A stretch of DNA of 64,000 nucleotides from Octopus sinensis (Eukaryota). The notes under the pieces were generated by a model that worked only from the letters and a program-made list of their open reading frames with translations, searched no databases and was not told the origin of the DNA. A program made the translations under genes and the position numbers. Shown in pieces: positions 50,322-64,000 of this stretch. How positions within the stretch are numbered: position 1 is the stretch's first letter; every line of letters begins with the position of its first letter. The stretch is from the NCBI RefSeq assembly GCF_006345805.1, contig NC_043003.1, positions 6,138,001 through 6,202,000 of the forward strand. The letters run 5' to 3'.

Positions 50322-51215
50322 TGTGGAAAATATTACTCCGAAGATATTACATCATAAGCAGTTGTTCGAAAATGTCATCACGGTATTATCTACTGATGAG
50401 ACATGATGTTGTAACTAGGGCACTCTACAATGAAATCTGTCGGAAGGATAATGCCGAGGACAAAGAAATAAGAACCCACAGTATGGTACAACCCATTGCC
50501 ACTCATAATAAAAAGGAATACTGGTGGAATGTCCCAGTGAAGACCTCAATAAAAGGTAAATACAAAAGACCTGATATAATGATTTTGGATAGAGAAGAGA
50601 AACTGAGCACAGTTGTGGAAATTAGCTGACCAGTGGATGTTAACATGAAGCTGAAGATCAGTGAAAAAGAGAACACCTATGCTGAACTATTGAGAAATCT
50701 GCAGTTACTCTATCCAGATTACAAATTTAGGTTTAAACCTGTAATTATTGAGGCACTGGAATATGCAACGCGCTACCTAAATACCAGTCTTGAGAAATAA
50801 GGCTTTTCAAAACTAGAAAGGAGAAAGCTGATTCGAAGACTCCAGATCCAATCACTGGAACTGTATAAATCTGTAAAAATTACCAGAAAATTATGATTTA
50901 GATATATATAAGCATGTCTAGATATGTAGCTATATGCATGAGAAGATATACACAACGCAAAGCAAAAATCTGCACATATACATACATACATCGCAGGCAT
51001 GGGTGTATGGTAAGAAACTTGCTTTCCAACCACATGGTTCCGAGTTCAGTCCCGCTGGGTGTCACTTTGGGCAAGTGTCTTCTACTATAGCCTCGGGCTA
51101 CACTTATAAAAATGCCTTGTTGTTGATGTTGAAATTCCTATGATGGAGCCTTGGATCTAGGTTAGAAACCGGTTCTTTCTCTATTGGCAAGAAATCTTGA
51201 AATAAGACTGAATAA
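50322..51215 (+). mobile_element. R4/Dong-clade RLE LINE 3' end with a SINE-A fragment in its 3' UTR
   Basis: IISSCSKMSSRYYLLMRHDVV...WWNVPVKTSIK.KYKRPDIMILDREEKLSTVVEIS.PVD...EKENTYAELLRNLQLLYPDYKF; 3' UTR matches 37285-37500. Confidence 0.88.
50995..51105 (+). mobile_element. SINE family A 5' fragment
   Basis: ggtaagaaacttgctttccaaccacatggttccgagttcagtccc...ctactatagcctcgggc. Confidence 0.8.
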
Positions 51216-52569
51216 TGACATATATACCTATGTATGTATGCATATGTGTGTGTGCGCGTGTATGTGTGTGTGTCTATATTCGAAGAACATTTTTTTTACG
51301 CTGTTGCGAAAACAGAGATGTAGAGTATAATCATAACTTGGCAAGAGTTGAAAATAACGGCTCACAAAGTTATGCTTTTAGAAGAGTATACAAGGTAAAC
51401 ATTGCTAGTTTCTAGCAATGAAACTAGACATCATCGCTGGAATTTGATAACAGCAACGATAAGTGTTGAAAATTGTTACATATTTTGTGTGTATGTATGT
51501 ATGTATGTATGTATGTATGTATGTATGTATGTATGTATGTATTATGTATTGCTGAAAGCCGAAGCATCATGTAACGTTAAAAACTTGGAGTTTTCAGTTG
51601 TCTGGATATTCGGTAACGTGAAACGAGGAACTCCAGATTTTAGAAAATATTCACTTAATTCATATAATTTATTAAAGTTATTCACCCAGTTTTAATCACA
51701 GTCAGTGAATGGAGGTTGCAGTGTGTGTTTATTTCTGTTTGCATGTATGTGTGTGTGTACGTGAGTCTCTGTGTGTGTGTGTGTTTATATAGATACAAGT
51801 ACGTATGTCTATATCAGATTGGTAGTGACTTCTATATCGCTGTCAACTGAAACCATTTTCTGCATTATGGCTTCGTGTTATTCATGAAAGGAGAGTCTAC
51901 TGTTTGCTATTCACTATAGTTGCATTCTTCATTTCAGTCCAAGTGCCAAACACGTAGGACAAAAATCATACAATCCCAAACAATTTTGTAAAATATATTT
52001 AGTTTCATTAAGTCTTCTTTCTGTGAAGACGGGTAACCAAACCGTTCCGTTCCTCAATGTGGGAATGTAGCCGTTATTTCATAAGAATTCTCAGATGGTC
52101 CTCAGTAATGTGACGGAGGTGAAACTGTGAAGAAAACGTCACTAACTCCAGATTCTCCAAACATCTTTGACTGCTAAAATGGTCTTAGATTCTGAGTAGG
52201 TAATTTATATTGAATTGAAGATCATTTTAGAAAATGTCTCGAAGAGAAAAGCTTATCAGGTACCAGGATCCGAGAAAATATCGTCAGGTTCGGCAAATGG
52301 TTTCTGGTTCAGTCTATGTGGAAGACGGCAACAAGAGGCATCTGGTGGTTCTGGAACAAGATAGTGGAGCTGAGCTTGACATCAGGAGACGACAGAGAAA
52401 AGATAGCAAACTCAGCAACTGGAAGCCATTGTGGTTTACGGGGAAGTGCTCGAAAGATGTTGGACACAGCTTGAGTTTGCTTGCTTCAAAACTATAGTCG
52501 TTAGTGTGTGCCCGTTTCTCTACTAGCATCTCAAGGATATTACATATCTATATGTATATAGTATGTATA

Positions 52570-52647
<78 letters not shown>

Positions 52648-52649
<2 letters not shown>

Positions 52650-52780
52650 CCGGAGTAAACCATAAATGTGAAACACGGTGGAAAAAAGAGTACTCAAATA
52701 CCAGTGGTAGAGTAATATGCTTTATTTAAAGCAGCAAAAATTCAACAAAATCTGTTACTCGTTCATCAGACAGTTTTTGC
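52648..52780 (-). mobile_element. Penelope-like terminal repeat 3' end with an internally deleted hammerhead (52752-52772)
   Basis: ctgt-CTGATGA-ac...gagta-acag, then aataaa, then (TA)n. Confidence 0.55.
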
Positions 52781-52789
52781 TATATATAT

Positions 52790-53375
52790 GGTGAGAAAGT
52801 TGGTGTATGAAACCACGTAGTTGAATATATAGAAAATAGTAAAAAGTGAAAAACTACAAAAGGCTTGTTTTAAAAGGTAAAAAATATATTTGAGTCATTT
52901 TGTCAGAAGAATGTTATAAATTTTTTCATACAGTGACATAGTTTTTGAAGAAATTACCGGTTTCGTGTTAACTTTCAAATTTCTCAAACATCGTGTTATG
53001 ACTTCGTTATGAGTGTAAGAAGAGTTCCAGGTAAAGGGAGGTAATAAGTGATTTCTTCCGGTGTAAGGGAGATAATCGCTTTATATTTCTTGCCTCTTTT
53101 ACTTAAAGGGGTGAGTTTCTCTGTATAAGAATGTTAGAGTGGTTAAGTTTGGGCTTATATTTTTCAATGAAGAATGTTTCCTTTTTAGTCTAATTGTGTT
53201 GGTGTTCCAATAGCACATTGATGAAATGGAAAGATTAAAAATTGTGGTAGTAGTTGCTTTGTGCATTTCTCAATATGTTCACTAAAGGGTATCATTCTGT
53301 ATTCTGGGAATGCAATCTGTTGTCGATGCAGTGTGCTTCTACGTCTGAGTGATAGTCCCGTGGACCCCACGTAGT
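52790..53375 (-). mobile_element. Penelope-like element 3' end (GIY-YIG C-terminal part plus 3' region)
   Basis: GSTGLSLRRRSTLHRQQIAFPEYRMIPFSEHIEKC...FLIFPFHQC...KYKPKLN; (TA)n on both sides. Confidence 0.78.
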
Positions 53376-53399
53376 TATATATATATATATATATATATC

Positions 53400-53452
<53 letters not shown>

Positions 53453-53524
53453 ATTATTTGAGGGAATATTATTCCTAACTTACAGAGAAATTCAATTTAG
53501 AAATACTAAATCAAATTTCACAAA

Positions 53525-53580
<56 letters not shown>

Positions 53581-54087
53581 TAGAAAAAAACCCACCTCTT
53601 TCATTCAATCAATAAAACAATTAAATTACACCATCTAGAAAATTACATATAATAGAAATATTAAAATTAAAATAGCAATAATATACCGATGATTAACTAA
53701 ATTGCAAAATAATATTAAAACCAAATATATACGTTTTTATTATTTTGCGATTTACACACGCGTGTTATATATATATAGTAGAAACAGGCACACACTAACG
53801 ACTATAGTTTTGAAGCAAGCAAACTCAAGCACTTCACCGTAAACCACAATGGCTTCCAGTTGCTAAGTTTGCTATCTTTTCTCTAATTTAATATAATATA
53901 ATATTTTACTATAAAATTGGATTCAATCCTAAATCTGATTTTTCCCTTAAGTTTGGATTTATTCCCTAATATTATATATATATATATATATTATATAATA
54001 TATATATATAATATATATATAGATATAATATGCATATATATATATGCATATACATATGTATGTATGCATACACATATATGCATATAT

Positions 54088-54094
54088 AGATAGT

Positions 54095-54190
<96 letters not shown>
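54088..54190. repeat. (GATA)n microsatellite
   Basis: Direct reading. Confidence 0.97.
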
Positions 54191-54468
54191 TACACACGTG
54201 TGTGTGTCTACATATATGTATACATATGTATAGAGATATAGATTGTTCTATGTGTGCGTGTGTGTGTGTGTACATTTGGATGTTCTGTGTTTAACTTTAC
54301 ACAAGATTTTTAAAGATATTTAAGTGTGTATGTGTGTGCATGCGTATGTATGTGTGAGTATGGGTGTATATGTGAGTGTGTGTATGCGTGTGAGCCTCCA
54401 CTCGCCTATTTTTGTCTCTGCGTGTGTTCTTGTGCAATAAGTATATACGCGGGTAACTGTGTATGTAC

Positions 54469-54506
<38 letters not shown>

Positions 54507-54988
54507 CATGTGCGTTTATGTCTGAGCGGATATGAATGTGTATGTGTTTGTATGTGTGTGCTTGTGTCGGTCTAAGTATGCGTGTCTGTGTGCGTGCGTG
54601 TGTGTGTGTGTGTGCCTTTATTAATCAGAAACCCATCAAACATCACGCAGGTTTTTAAATTAAATTTACTAGAAACACCGAAAGACACACAGACGTAATG
54701 ATGTCGTAATAAACTGAATACCTCGCTTGCATTCATATCACTCACTCTCCGCATACATATATATACATACTTACATACATACATACATACATGCATACAG
54801 ACAGACAGACAGACAGATAGACAGACAGACAGGTAGACAGACATATGTATATATATATGAATATATATGTGTGTATGTATATATATATATACATATATAA
54901 GAGAGAGATACACAGACATATTCATATACCTATACCTACAAATATATATATATATGCGTACATGTATGCGTATATACATATATAATCA

Positions 54989-55073
<85 letters not shown>

Positions 55074-55386
55074 GAATATATATGTGTGTATGTATATATA
55101 TTTACATATATGAGAGAGAGATACCCAGACATATTCACATACCTATACCTACAAATATACATTATATATATATATAATATATATATATACGTACATGTAT
55201 GCGTATATACATATATATGTATATACATATATAATCATCTCTATATAAAACTATATATATATATATATATATGATATATATATGTGTGTATGTATGTATG
55301 TATGTGTACGAATCTATTGATTTGCTGTATACATGTAAGAGCCTATATGTGAGATGTATGTACGTACGTATGTATATATATTTCTT

Positions 55387-55420
<34 letters not shown>

Positions 55421-55577
55421 CACAAACGCATATATAGTCACACACACTCACACATATATATACACACGCACCGTTTGTATTATTAACCTCAAATATTGTT
55501 TCCATTAAAGACAACAGATGAAACAATGACGTCATTAACATGAAGAGCCGAGAATCACTGAGACACTTTGTGCACTT

Positions 55578-55579
55578 TC

Positions 55580-55613
<34 letters not shown>

Positions 55614-55780
55614 TATCATCATCATCGTCGTCGTCGTCGTCATCATCATCATCGTCGTCATCATCAGTAACACCAGCAGCAGCGCATAGTCAGCAGCAGC
55701 TATCATCATCATCGTCAATATTATCAGCAACGGCACCACCACCATCACCACTATCACTACCATCATCATCATCATCTCAA
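55578..55780. repeat. Degenerate (CAT)n/(CGT)n/(CAG)n trinucleotide tract
   Basis: Direct reading. Confidence 0.9.
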
Positions 55781-55904
55781 AGAAAAGCTTGGGATTGCGT
55801 GTTTCACTAAAACAGCTTTTTGTTCCAATAGGTACACTCACTTAAATCTGATTTTATCTCATTCAAGTCACACAACAGACACAGGCACACACTTCTACTG
55901 ACGC

Positions 55905-55949
<45 letters not shown>

Positions 55950-56113
55950 TGTGTGTATATGTATGTGTTTGTATTTGTATATGTGTGTATGTATATATCT
56001 AAAGGTATGCTCACAGATCCGTCTGTATTGGAAAACTGTTGCCCGTATGAAGTATACACATACAAATGTTTGTGCGTATACACTTCTAAGTACATACATT
56101 CATACATCCATAT

Positions 56114-56204
<91 letters not shown>

Positions 56205-56205
56205 T

Positions 56206-56520
56206 GTTTCTTTATTAGCCATACAGGGCTGCACACAGACGGGACAGATTACAAAGTGGAGCTTTTCTTTTGGGAGAGAGAGAGAAAAAAGTGGGGTAGG
56301 TTTTCGATCAACAGGGATCGTAAAAGGGAAAGAAAAGAAAGGAAAAAAAAGGAAAAAACGGAAAGAAAAAAACGATCATTAGGGATCGTGTATCACAGAA
56401 ATGCCATGATGTAAAGTGTAAAGGGGGAAGCAGATAAGGTTTATCCGTGGAAAGAAAAGCCTACAGAAAAGACCACGGTAACCTCGGTCAATATTGTTAC
56501 ATGTTACCACATTTGTTTGC
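56206..56520 (-). mobile_element. Tx1/L1-like LINE 3' UTR embedded in (GATA)n
   Basis: Homologous to 20759-21010; (GATA)n at ~56115-56203 and ~56537-56780. Confidence 0.72.
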
Positions 56521-56533
56521 AAGTAGGTAATCC

Positions 56534-56646
<113 letters not shown>

Positions 56647-56706
56647 GATAGATAGATAGATAGATAGATAGATGGATAGATAGATAAATAGATAGATAGA
56701 TAGATG

Positions 56707-56781
<75 letters not shown>

Positions 56782-57164
56782 GTATTTTACTTTAATGCTG
56801 CTTCAGTTGCGTAAACCGGATCTTGTGCTGCAGCTCAATCGCTATTCTCAATACCAGCGAATGTATTAGTCATTTTTTCGAAGGTTGGAGGTGATAAGTT
56901 TTGTCCAAGCTTATGCCTGCGAATAAAATCTCCAGAGAAGTGCTTCACTCATTCTTAATTTTATGTATTCATTCGGTATTGGCGACAGTGTTATGGTTAT
57001 TGATACGGCAACAGAATGGAAACATGGTTACGAATGAGAATCAGAATTATGCATTTCTGAAGAACTGACAATATCTTATACTAATTATTTGTTAATGAAA
57101 TGCGCGTAAGACGATGTAAATAGATATTTTATAAACAAACACTTTTATCTTTGTTTTATGGCTG

Positions 57165-57478
57165 TGGTTAAGAGGCTTCTTTGCAACCATATGTTTCCGG
57201 ATTCAGTCCCACTATTCGGTTCTTTGGGTAGATAAATTTTCTATAGCCAAGAGTCAACCAATGCCTCGTGAGTGAGTTTTGTCGATGTGTGTTTTTGCGT
57301 ATATGTGTGTGCGTCCAAATTTTATCACACCCCTTCAACGCTTGGCGACAGGTATTGGTTTATGTCCCCGTAATTTGGTGGTTCAGGCTTTAAAAAGTCA
57401 TTAGCACCGGGCAATTTATTGGACTAAAACCCTTCAAGGCACTGCCCTTGCATGGGCGCAGTCTTGTGACTGAAACAA
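57165..57478 (+). mobile_element. SINE family A, highly degenerate
   Basis: ggctgtggttaag...ccggattcagtcccact...tatgtccccgtaatttgg...gcatgggcgcagtc...gactgaaacaa. Confidence 0.65.
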
Positions 57479-59194
57479 TTAAAATATATAAAATATACAC
57501 ACACACACACACACATACTACACACATGCACGCGCATTTGTGTATATGGGTGTATGTATGCATTCGTTCGGGAAAAGATCCTTTATAGGTATGTGTTAAA
57601 AATAATATTCTTCAGAGCTAGAAGAAACGAAATTCTCAGAAGCGACCGCGAGTGGGACGCATGCGCACTTCGATGTGTTTTCAATTTGTCAATCCCACAA
57701 AGTTGCGCCGCTTCCGAAAGGAGATCAACATACATTCCGTATACTTCGAACTGACTAAGCTGATTCCCTGTTGGATGTGACCCGTGTTCGTAGCATTCAC
57801 AGACCGCAAAAACACCGAAATGGGCATCTGTCACTCTTCTGGTTGCTTCCGAAACTATGTCGCCTAACTCTGAAGAGTACTGTGTATTTAACACAATACT
57901 TCTACTAAGAGATCTTTTTCCCGGACAAACACTGCAGCCTCCGTTTTTCAATGATATTCATATATTAGAAATGTCATCAACCTAAAGTTATGAGAAACAG
58001 TGGCAGAAACGTGTTATTTAATGTTTACAGATTCCCTGCAACTGGAATGTATTTCCTTATTTTACCTAATTGATTCCACTTTCCATATTCCACTTTCCAT
58101 TCACTGGCATTATATTTGCAGTTTCGAAGACAACGTAGGTGCGAAAATAATTCTATGCTGACATGCCATGTGTTGGTATAAAGTACCAGAAATATCTCCG
58201 TTTGTGTATGGAGGTGTCGATCGCACATTTCGTGAAGTTTGGCGAAATGATTTACCATTTTGTTGCCAAGTTCTTGGAATTTCTTTGAGGTTTGCGACAA
58301 ACATTTCCTTCAAAAACAAACTGACAACGCTGCCATCTTGAATACATTTGTTGCAATTTTTTTTCATTCTGGAAGAAAGGAATCTTAAACGTACCATTAA
58401 TCCAAGACTAAAAATGTGAGTGAACTTTGACTGGGTTGATGCTTTGTGTTTGCGAAGGAAGGGAATAATTGAAATCTGGTAACATGATTATGTTTCCAAT
58501 AAATGTTACTGTTATAACGAAAGAATGTCAAGTGATGAATATAATTTTTGGTAGCCCAAAGAATTATTTCAACTTCACTGACCGAACAATTCTCTTCTTA
58601 CCAATGATGCTGCTGGTTTTATAAATGGGAAACTTATCAGTATTTGAGTGAGATATTAACAAAAACACAAAACTATAGCCATCAACAAAATCCTTGATGC
58701 CAATGAAATAACTTCTGCTATTATCTATCCTTTTAAGTTTCACAAAATGAAAAGCAGCCGTAAATTGGAAGAATGACCTTCTAGCAAATCTTTGATCTTG
58801 AAAATGGAAAAGTTTTGTGATGTTAAGGCAAAACGAGGCGAGTGTGGGGTCGGAGACTTTACAATAGAACACTAATTCCAGTAACCCACTTTCTTGCACA
58901 AATAAGTAGTGTTGTTTTTAAAGAAATTAAACGTTAAAGCAAAAATGTCATGGCGGCAAGAATTAAACCAACGTATTCGTACGCCATTTTGCTATTCACT
59001 TATACGTGATTAAAGCTTCTAGTTCCAGTGGGGGTAAATATGGATCAGTGCCATTTATTAAGTAGAACGGTCTGTTCTTGAAACATTCTATTTTCAGGAC
59101 AATTTTTGATTACTCTATTAAAGATGTGACACAAAATGGCAACAACATCTTTTTAAAAAGACTTATCGAAATTCCGCACACAAATTTTTCAAAT

Positions 59195-59242
<48 letters not shown>

Positions 59243-59504
59243 TAATCATTAAGTTGTCATAATGGGACTCAGTTTCAAATACCGGAGTGGATTTGGTAGA
59301 CGGAAACTGAAAGAAGCCCGTCGTGTATATTTTCAATCGATCACTCGATCGATTGAGTAAACTGAACGATTAACGCACCCAAAATGCATTTCACATACAT
59401 TTGTAAGTCTATATAGCACAAATAAGTCTAAAAATCCCGTTATTTATGCGTTTTTACGCACGCACACACACACACATGTATATATATGTATATTTTTTCT
59501 TTCC

Positions 59505-59878
59505 TTCTTTTGCTTGTTTCATTCAATTCACTGAAGCCATGCTAGAGCACGGGTTTTAGTCGAGCAAATCGACTCTGGACTTATTCTTTGTAAGCCTAGT
59601 ACTTATTCTATCGTACCCTTTTGCCGAACCGCTAAGTTACGGGGACGTAAACACACTAGCATCGATTGACAAGCACGCACACGCACACATATACACACAC
59701 ACACATACACTTATATATCTATATATATACATTCTTTCAGTTTCCGTCTACCAAATCCGCTCAAGGCTTTGGTCAGCCCGAGGCAAATGTAGAAGGCACT
59801 TGCCTAGGGTGCCACGCAGTGGGACTGAACCCGGAGCCATGGGCTTGGTAAGCAAGCTACTTACCACGCAACCACTCT
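59505..59878 (-). mobile_element. SINE family A, near full length
   Basis: Reverse complement colinear with 19533-19952. Confidence 0.9.
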
Positions 59879-59891
59879 CATATATATATAT

Positions 59892-59940
<49 letters not shown>

Positions 59941-60439
59941 TGTGTGTGTGTGTGCTTGTGTGTGTGTATGTATATAAAACGTTTTATTTCATAGACACAT
60001 TTTCACCGTTTAATGAATTTACGTCGACCTCTACACCCCACCCCACCCCTACGCGCACACGTTCAGTATCGTAACTTTCCTGCCCGCATGACACTTACAA
60101 ACGACATTGCATAACAAAACATGTCGTAATACAATTCGTTCGGGCATCGATCATCATTAAATGGATCATTGTTTTGTGATTGACTGCTAATCACTGATAC
60201 CTGAATGTTTCGATGACATTTCGACGACTTAACTGAATATTGCGGCCGACATGTTGTAAAGTATTTCAGAAACTCCACACTTAAGATTTCTCCCAATATG
60301 GCGGACTTAAAGATTTGCACCACACAATGTCACGAAATGAGATTATCTACTCGAGCCTTATCGATAACTTTGCTGCAACATAATAAAATTAACACATACA
60401 TACTCACACACATACATAAACACAACGAGTTATAGATTT

Positions 60440-60441
60440 TC

Positions 60442-60503
<62 letters not shown>

Positions 60504-60562
60504 ACATATAGAATATACATACATACATACATACATACATTATATTATGTATATATATAAGT

Positions 60563-60621
<59 letters not shown>

Positions 60622-60634
60622 ATATATATATATA

Positions 60635-60666
<32 letters not shown>

Positions 60667-60716
60667 ATATATGTCGATATATATATATATTATATATATA
60701 TATATATAATGTTATA

Positions 60717-60763
<47 letters not shown>

Positions 60764-60791
60764 GATATATATATATGTATATATATATGTA

Positions 60792-60846
<55 letters not shown>

Positions 60847-61046
60847 CACGCACGTACACACCTGTGTGTATTGTATACTTATATATATATAATATACACG
60901 CAAATGTGTAAATATTTCATATAAACACTTGTATATATGTGTATACATATACGAATGGATACACATACACGAATACCCCTATATATGTTGAAAGTTGCAA
61001 AAGTAATTGAAGGGCAAGAATTTCTAAGCATTGTGTTATTATATAA

Positions 61047-61140
<94 letters not shown>

Positions 61141-61302
61141 TATATAAAGGTGTGCGTACATAAATGCATATGTATGGATACACATATATGTACATACATG
61201 CATGCCCACACAAACCGTATATGCATACAGGCATAACAAGATTATAGGTACATATCTATACGTATACATATTACGTGTGTATAGACGGGCGCGCACATAC
61301 GC

Positions 61303-61345
<43 letters not shown>
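60440..61345. repeat. (TA)n-rich low-complexity block
   Basis: Direct reading. Confidence 0.95.
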
Positions 61346-61648
61346 CTCACTTCATGTATCATGAGAACGATGAGTGTATATTTTTGTTGCAACCTTGATA
61401 AAAGTAATTAAAACTAAATCAGGAATTCATTAATATAGACAGCGTTGTAGCAGAATTGTATTTGCACATGATGTATATAAATATATATACATGAATGTAT
61501 GTTTATGTAAAATGTTCCGATATATATATATACATGTGTGAGGGTGTGTGGTGTGAGTATATGTGGCTGTATAGGTATGTACAAAGATAGAGACAGAGAT
61601 TGTATATATACAAATAAAACGTTTGTGTGCGTGTGTATGTGTGTGTTT

Positions 61649-61687
<39 letters not shown>

Positions 61688-62004
61688 GTTTATTCTAAAA
61701 GCTTGTGTGTGCAAGTCACTATCAAAAGACGCTGGTGCCCCTTCGGGTCTAAGAAACGTGGTGCCGTTAATCGCGTCGACTCACCTTCCAGGATTTATTA
61801 TTCCGCTCTACCTCACAGCATTGAGTACTTCTCTCGCTTAATTGCATTTCTCACCAGAATACATTCCCATACAACCCTACCACACACACACACACACACA
61901 CACACAAATATATATACACACACATGCGCGCGCGTGTGTAATGAAATTGTCTTATATAATGTGCACATAAAAATGTCTACGTCTATGTGAAATACTCATA
62001 TAGA

Positions 62005-62094
<90 letters not shown>

Positions 62095-62110
62095 GTATGT
62101 ATATATATAC

Positions 62111-62144
<34 letters not shown>

Positions 62145-62208
62145 ATATACATATATTATATATGTATATATATGTATGTATATATACATACATATATATA
62201 TATATATC

Positions 62209-62238
62209 CACACACGTGTATATGTGTATAAACCCATG

Positions 62239-62271
<33 letters not shown>

Positions 62272-62360
62272 CATATATATATATATATACGTATATATAT
62301 GTATGTATATAAATATACATATATATATATCATGGGTTTATACACATATACACGTGTGTG
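62209..62360. repeat. Perfect ~41 bp inverted repeat inside a TA tract
   Basis: cacacacgtgtatatgtgtataaacccatgatatatatata is mirrored at ~62320-62360. Confidence 0.9.
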
Positions 62361-62388
62361 TAGATAGATAGATAGATAGATAGATAGA

Positions 62389-62434
<46 letters not shown>

Positions 62435-62559
62435 GGGTAGATGGATAGATATGAATACACACATTGACGTGTGTAGCCTATTAAAATAAACGTAAATAAA
62501 GCTTTACAAGTTTACATACTTGGTTTCACATATATGTAAATCTAAGTGTGTGTTCGCAT

Positions 62560-62576
62560 GTGAGTGTTCGTGTGGG

Positions 62577-62656
<80 letters not shown>

Positions 62657-62822
62657 CGTGTGGGTATATGTGTATGTGTATGTGAGTGTGTGTGTGTGTG
62701 TATATGTGTGTGTTCGTGTGGGTATATGTGTGTGTGTGTGTGTGTGTATGTGTGTGTCCGTGTGGGTATATGTGTGTGTGTATGTGAGTGTGTATGTGTG
62801 TGTGTGTATGTGTGTGTCCGTC
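62560..62822. repeat. (TG)n-based minisatellite with recurring cgtgtgggtatatgtg unit
   Basis: Direct reading; about 4 units. Confidence 0.85.
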
Positions 62823-63495
62823 CGTATATATTTGTAGTTATATTTGTGTGGATATATATATATATATATATATAGTATATATATATATATATATGAAGAT
62901 ATGTATATGTAGACATACATACACAGAGAAAAGGGGGAGAGAGAGAGAGAGAAGCAGAAATACAGACAGACAGACAGACAGGCAGACAGACAGCTCTGTA
63001 TAGATGTTTGTGTTTATACAGTAATATTTGTGTATGTGACATCTGAGAGTCGTTGGAGGAGGTTGAGATTATTGTGTTTGGATGAATATTTTATTCCATT
63101 TCATTCCGTTCCTATGAATGGCCGTTGCTTTAACGTAAGCCAGCATTTGCACCTTCGTTTCTCTCCCCTCCTTAATTAAGTCTCAATGTGACATCTGCCA
63201 GAATTTGGAACCACTTTCACTGCGACTGTCGTGATTCGATTACTGAACGTAATTGTGTCAAGCCTCGATGTCAGGCGGGTCTCTGCAGCTCGCAGTTCTT
63301 CGTTTCATTTGTATTTAGTGAAGAGTAAGAGTGGTAGGTGAGAACGTATAGAGAGAGAGAGGAAGGAGGAGAGGAGTGAAAGAAAGGAAAAGATGAAAGA
63401 GGGGAAAGAGGATGAACGAGGGGAGAGAGAGGTGGATGAAAGAAAGTAGAACTTTTGAACTCCTGAAGGAATTTTTTCGATGTATGTTTAAACTG

Positions 63496-63539
<44 letters not shown>

Positions 63540-64000
63540 TTTCTCCCTCGCCTTTCTTCTCTCTGTTCTTTGTCTTAGTGTATGTATACACACACACACA
63601 CCACACACACACACACACACCACACACACAAATAATGCAGCTTTTAAACCAATAAGGAAAGTAGAACTCGATGACTGGTGTATATTTTATTTATTTATAT
63701 ATATCAACCCAGCATTTTAGAGAGAGGAGAGGAAGGAGGAGCGACAGAGAGAGTAAAATCGAATTTATTTCTTGATACAAAGCTACTCCGAGTTTCTCAA
63801 ACTCATTCATGGAATAAAAGAATGGTCAAATTTAAGTCCCAGGTCACGAAGCCCGTATATCTTCTACAGGTCAGTTTGGATCAGTTGGCATTGCTGGGGT
63901 TACTGTAGAACTCCCAGCAGCGCCGACCTGTTTGTGGAACTGGATATAGTCTCTACAGGACTGGGCAATCTTCGTAGACACTTAAAGAGATTTGGGTAGA

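Larger units (their letters stand above)
52394..53884. repeat. Inverted repeat arms 52394-52519 and 53780-53884 enclosing PLE fragments
   Basis: agagaaaagatagcaaact.agcaactggaagccattgtggtttacgg.gaagtgct...gcttcaaaactatagtcgttagtgtgtgcc on both strands; the left arm has an extra ~22 bp. Confidence 0.88.

Noticed and set aside
51391-51430. Short palindrome cattgctag-ttt-ctagcaatg
   Set aside because: A 9 bp stem with no family context or copy elsewhere; likely chance or a micro-inversion.
52234-52497. ORF MSRREKLIRYQDP...
   Set aside because: No homology recognised; its 3' part is duplicated as an inverted arm, which suggests repeat origin.

Overview
Eukaryotic, AT-rich, microsatellite-saturated DNA with no confidently identifiable protein-coding gene. 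It is most likely a cephalopod (octopus) intron or intergenic region; this is inferred from the repeat families as I recall them. Nearly all supplied ORFs are artefacts of (TA)n, (TG)n, (GATA)n and (TAG)n tracts. The real content is a transposon graveyard: at least five tRNA-headed SINE families, RTE, CR1/L2-like, Tx1/L1-like and R4/Dong (RLE) LINE remnants, Penelope-like (GIY-YIG) remnants, mariner and maT/Tc1 DNA transposons, and Helentron-like short elements. Best leads: (1) several unrelated short Penelope-type terminal repeats that each fold as a minimal type I hammerhead ribozyme, with non-canonical cores (CCGAnGA, CUGUnGA) and 3' ends usually running into (TA)n; (2) a SINE inserted twice as one head plus two bodies inside single TSDs; (3) a same-strand chain of R4/Dong 3' ends linked by (TAA)n; (4) a LINE/SINE pair sharing a 3' tail; (5) many fold-back inverted repeats; (6) a unique island at 57.6-60.3 kb with ordered minus-strand splice signals. 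Family names are from pattern recognition, not database searches, and element boundaries are approximate unless TSDs or TIRs are quoted.
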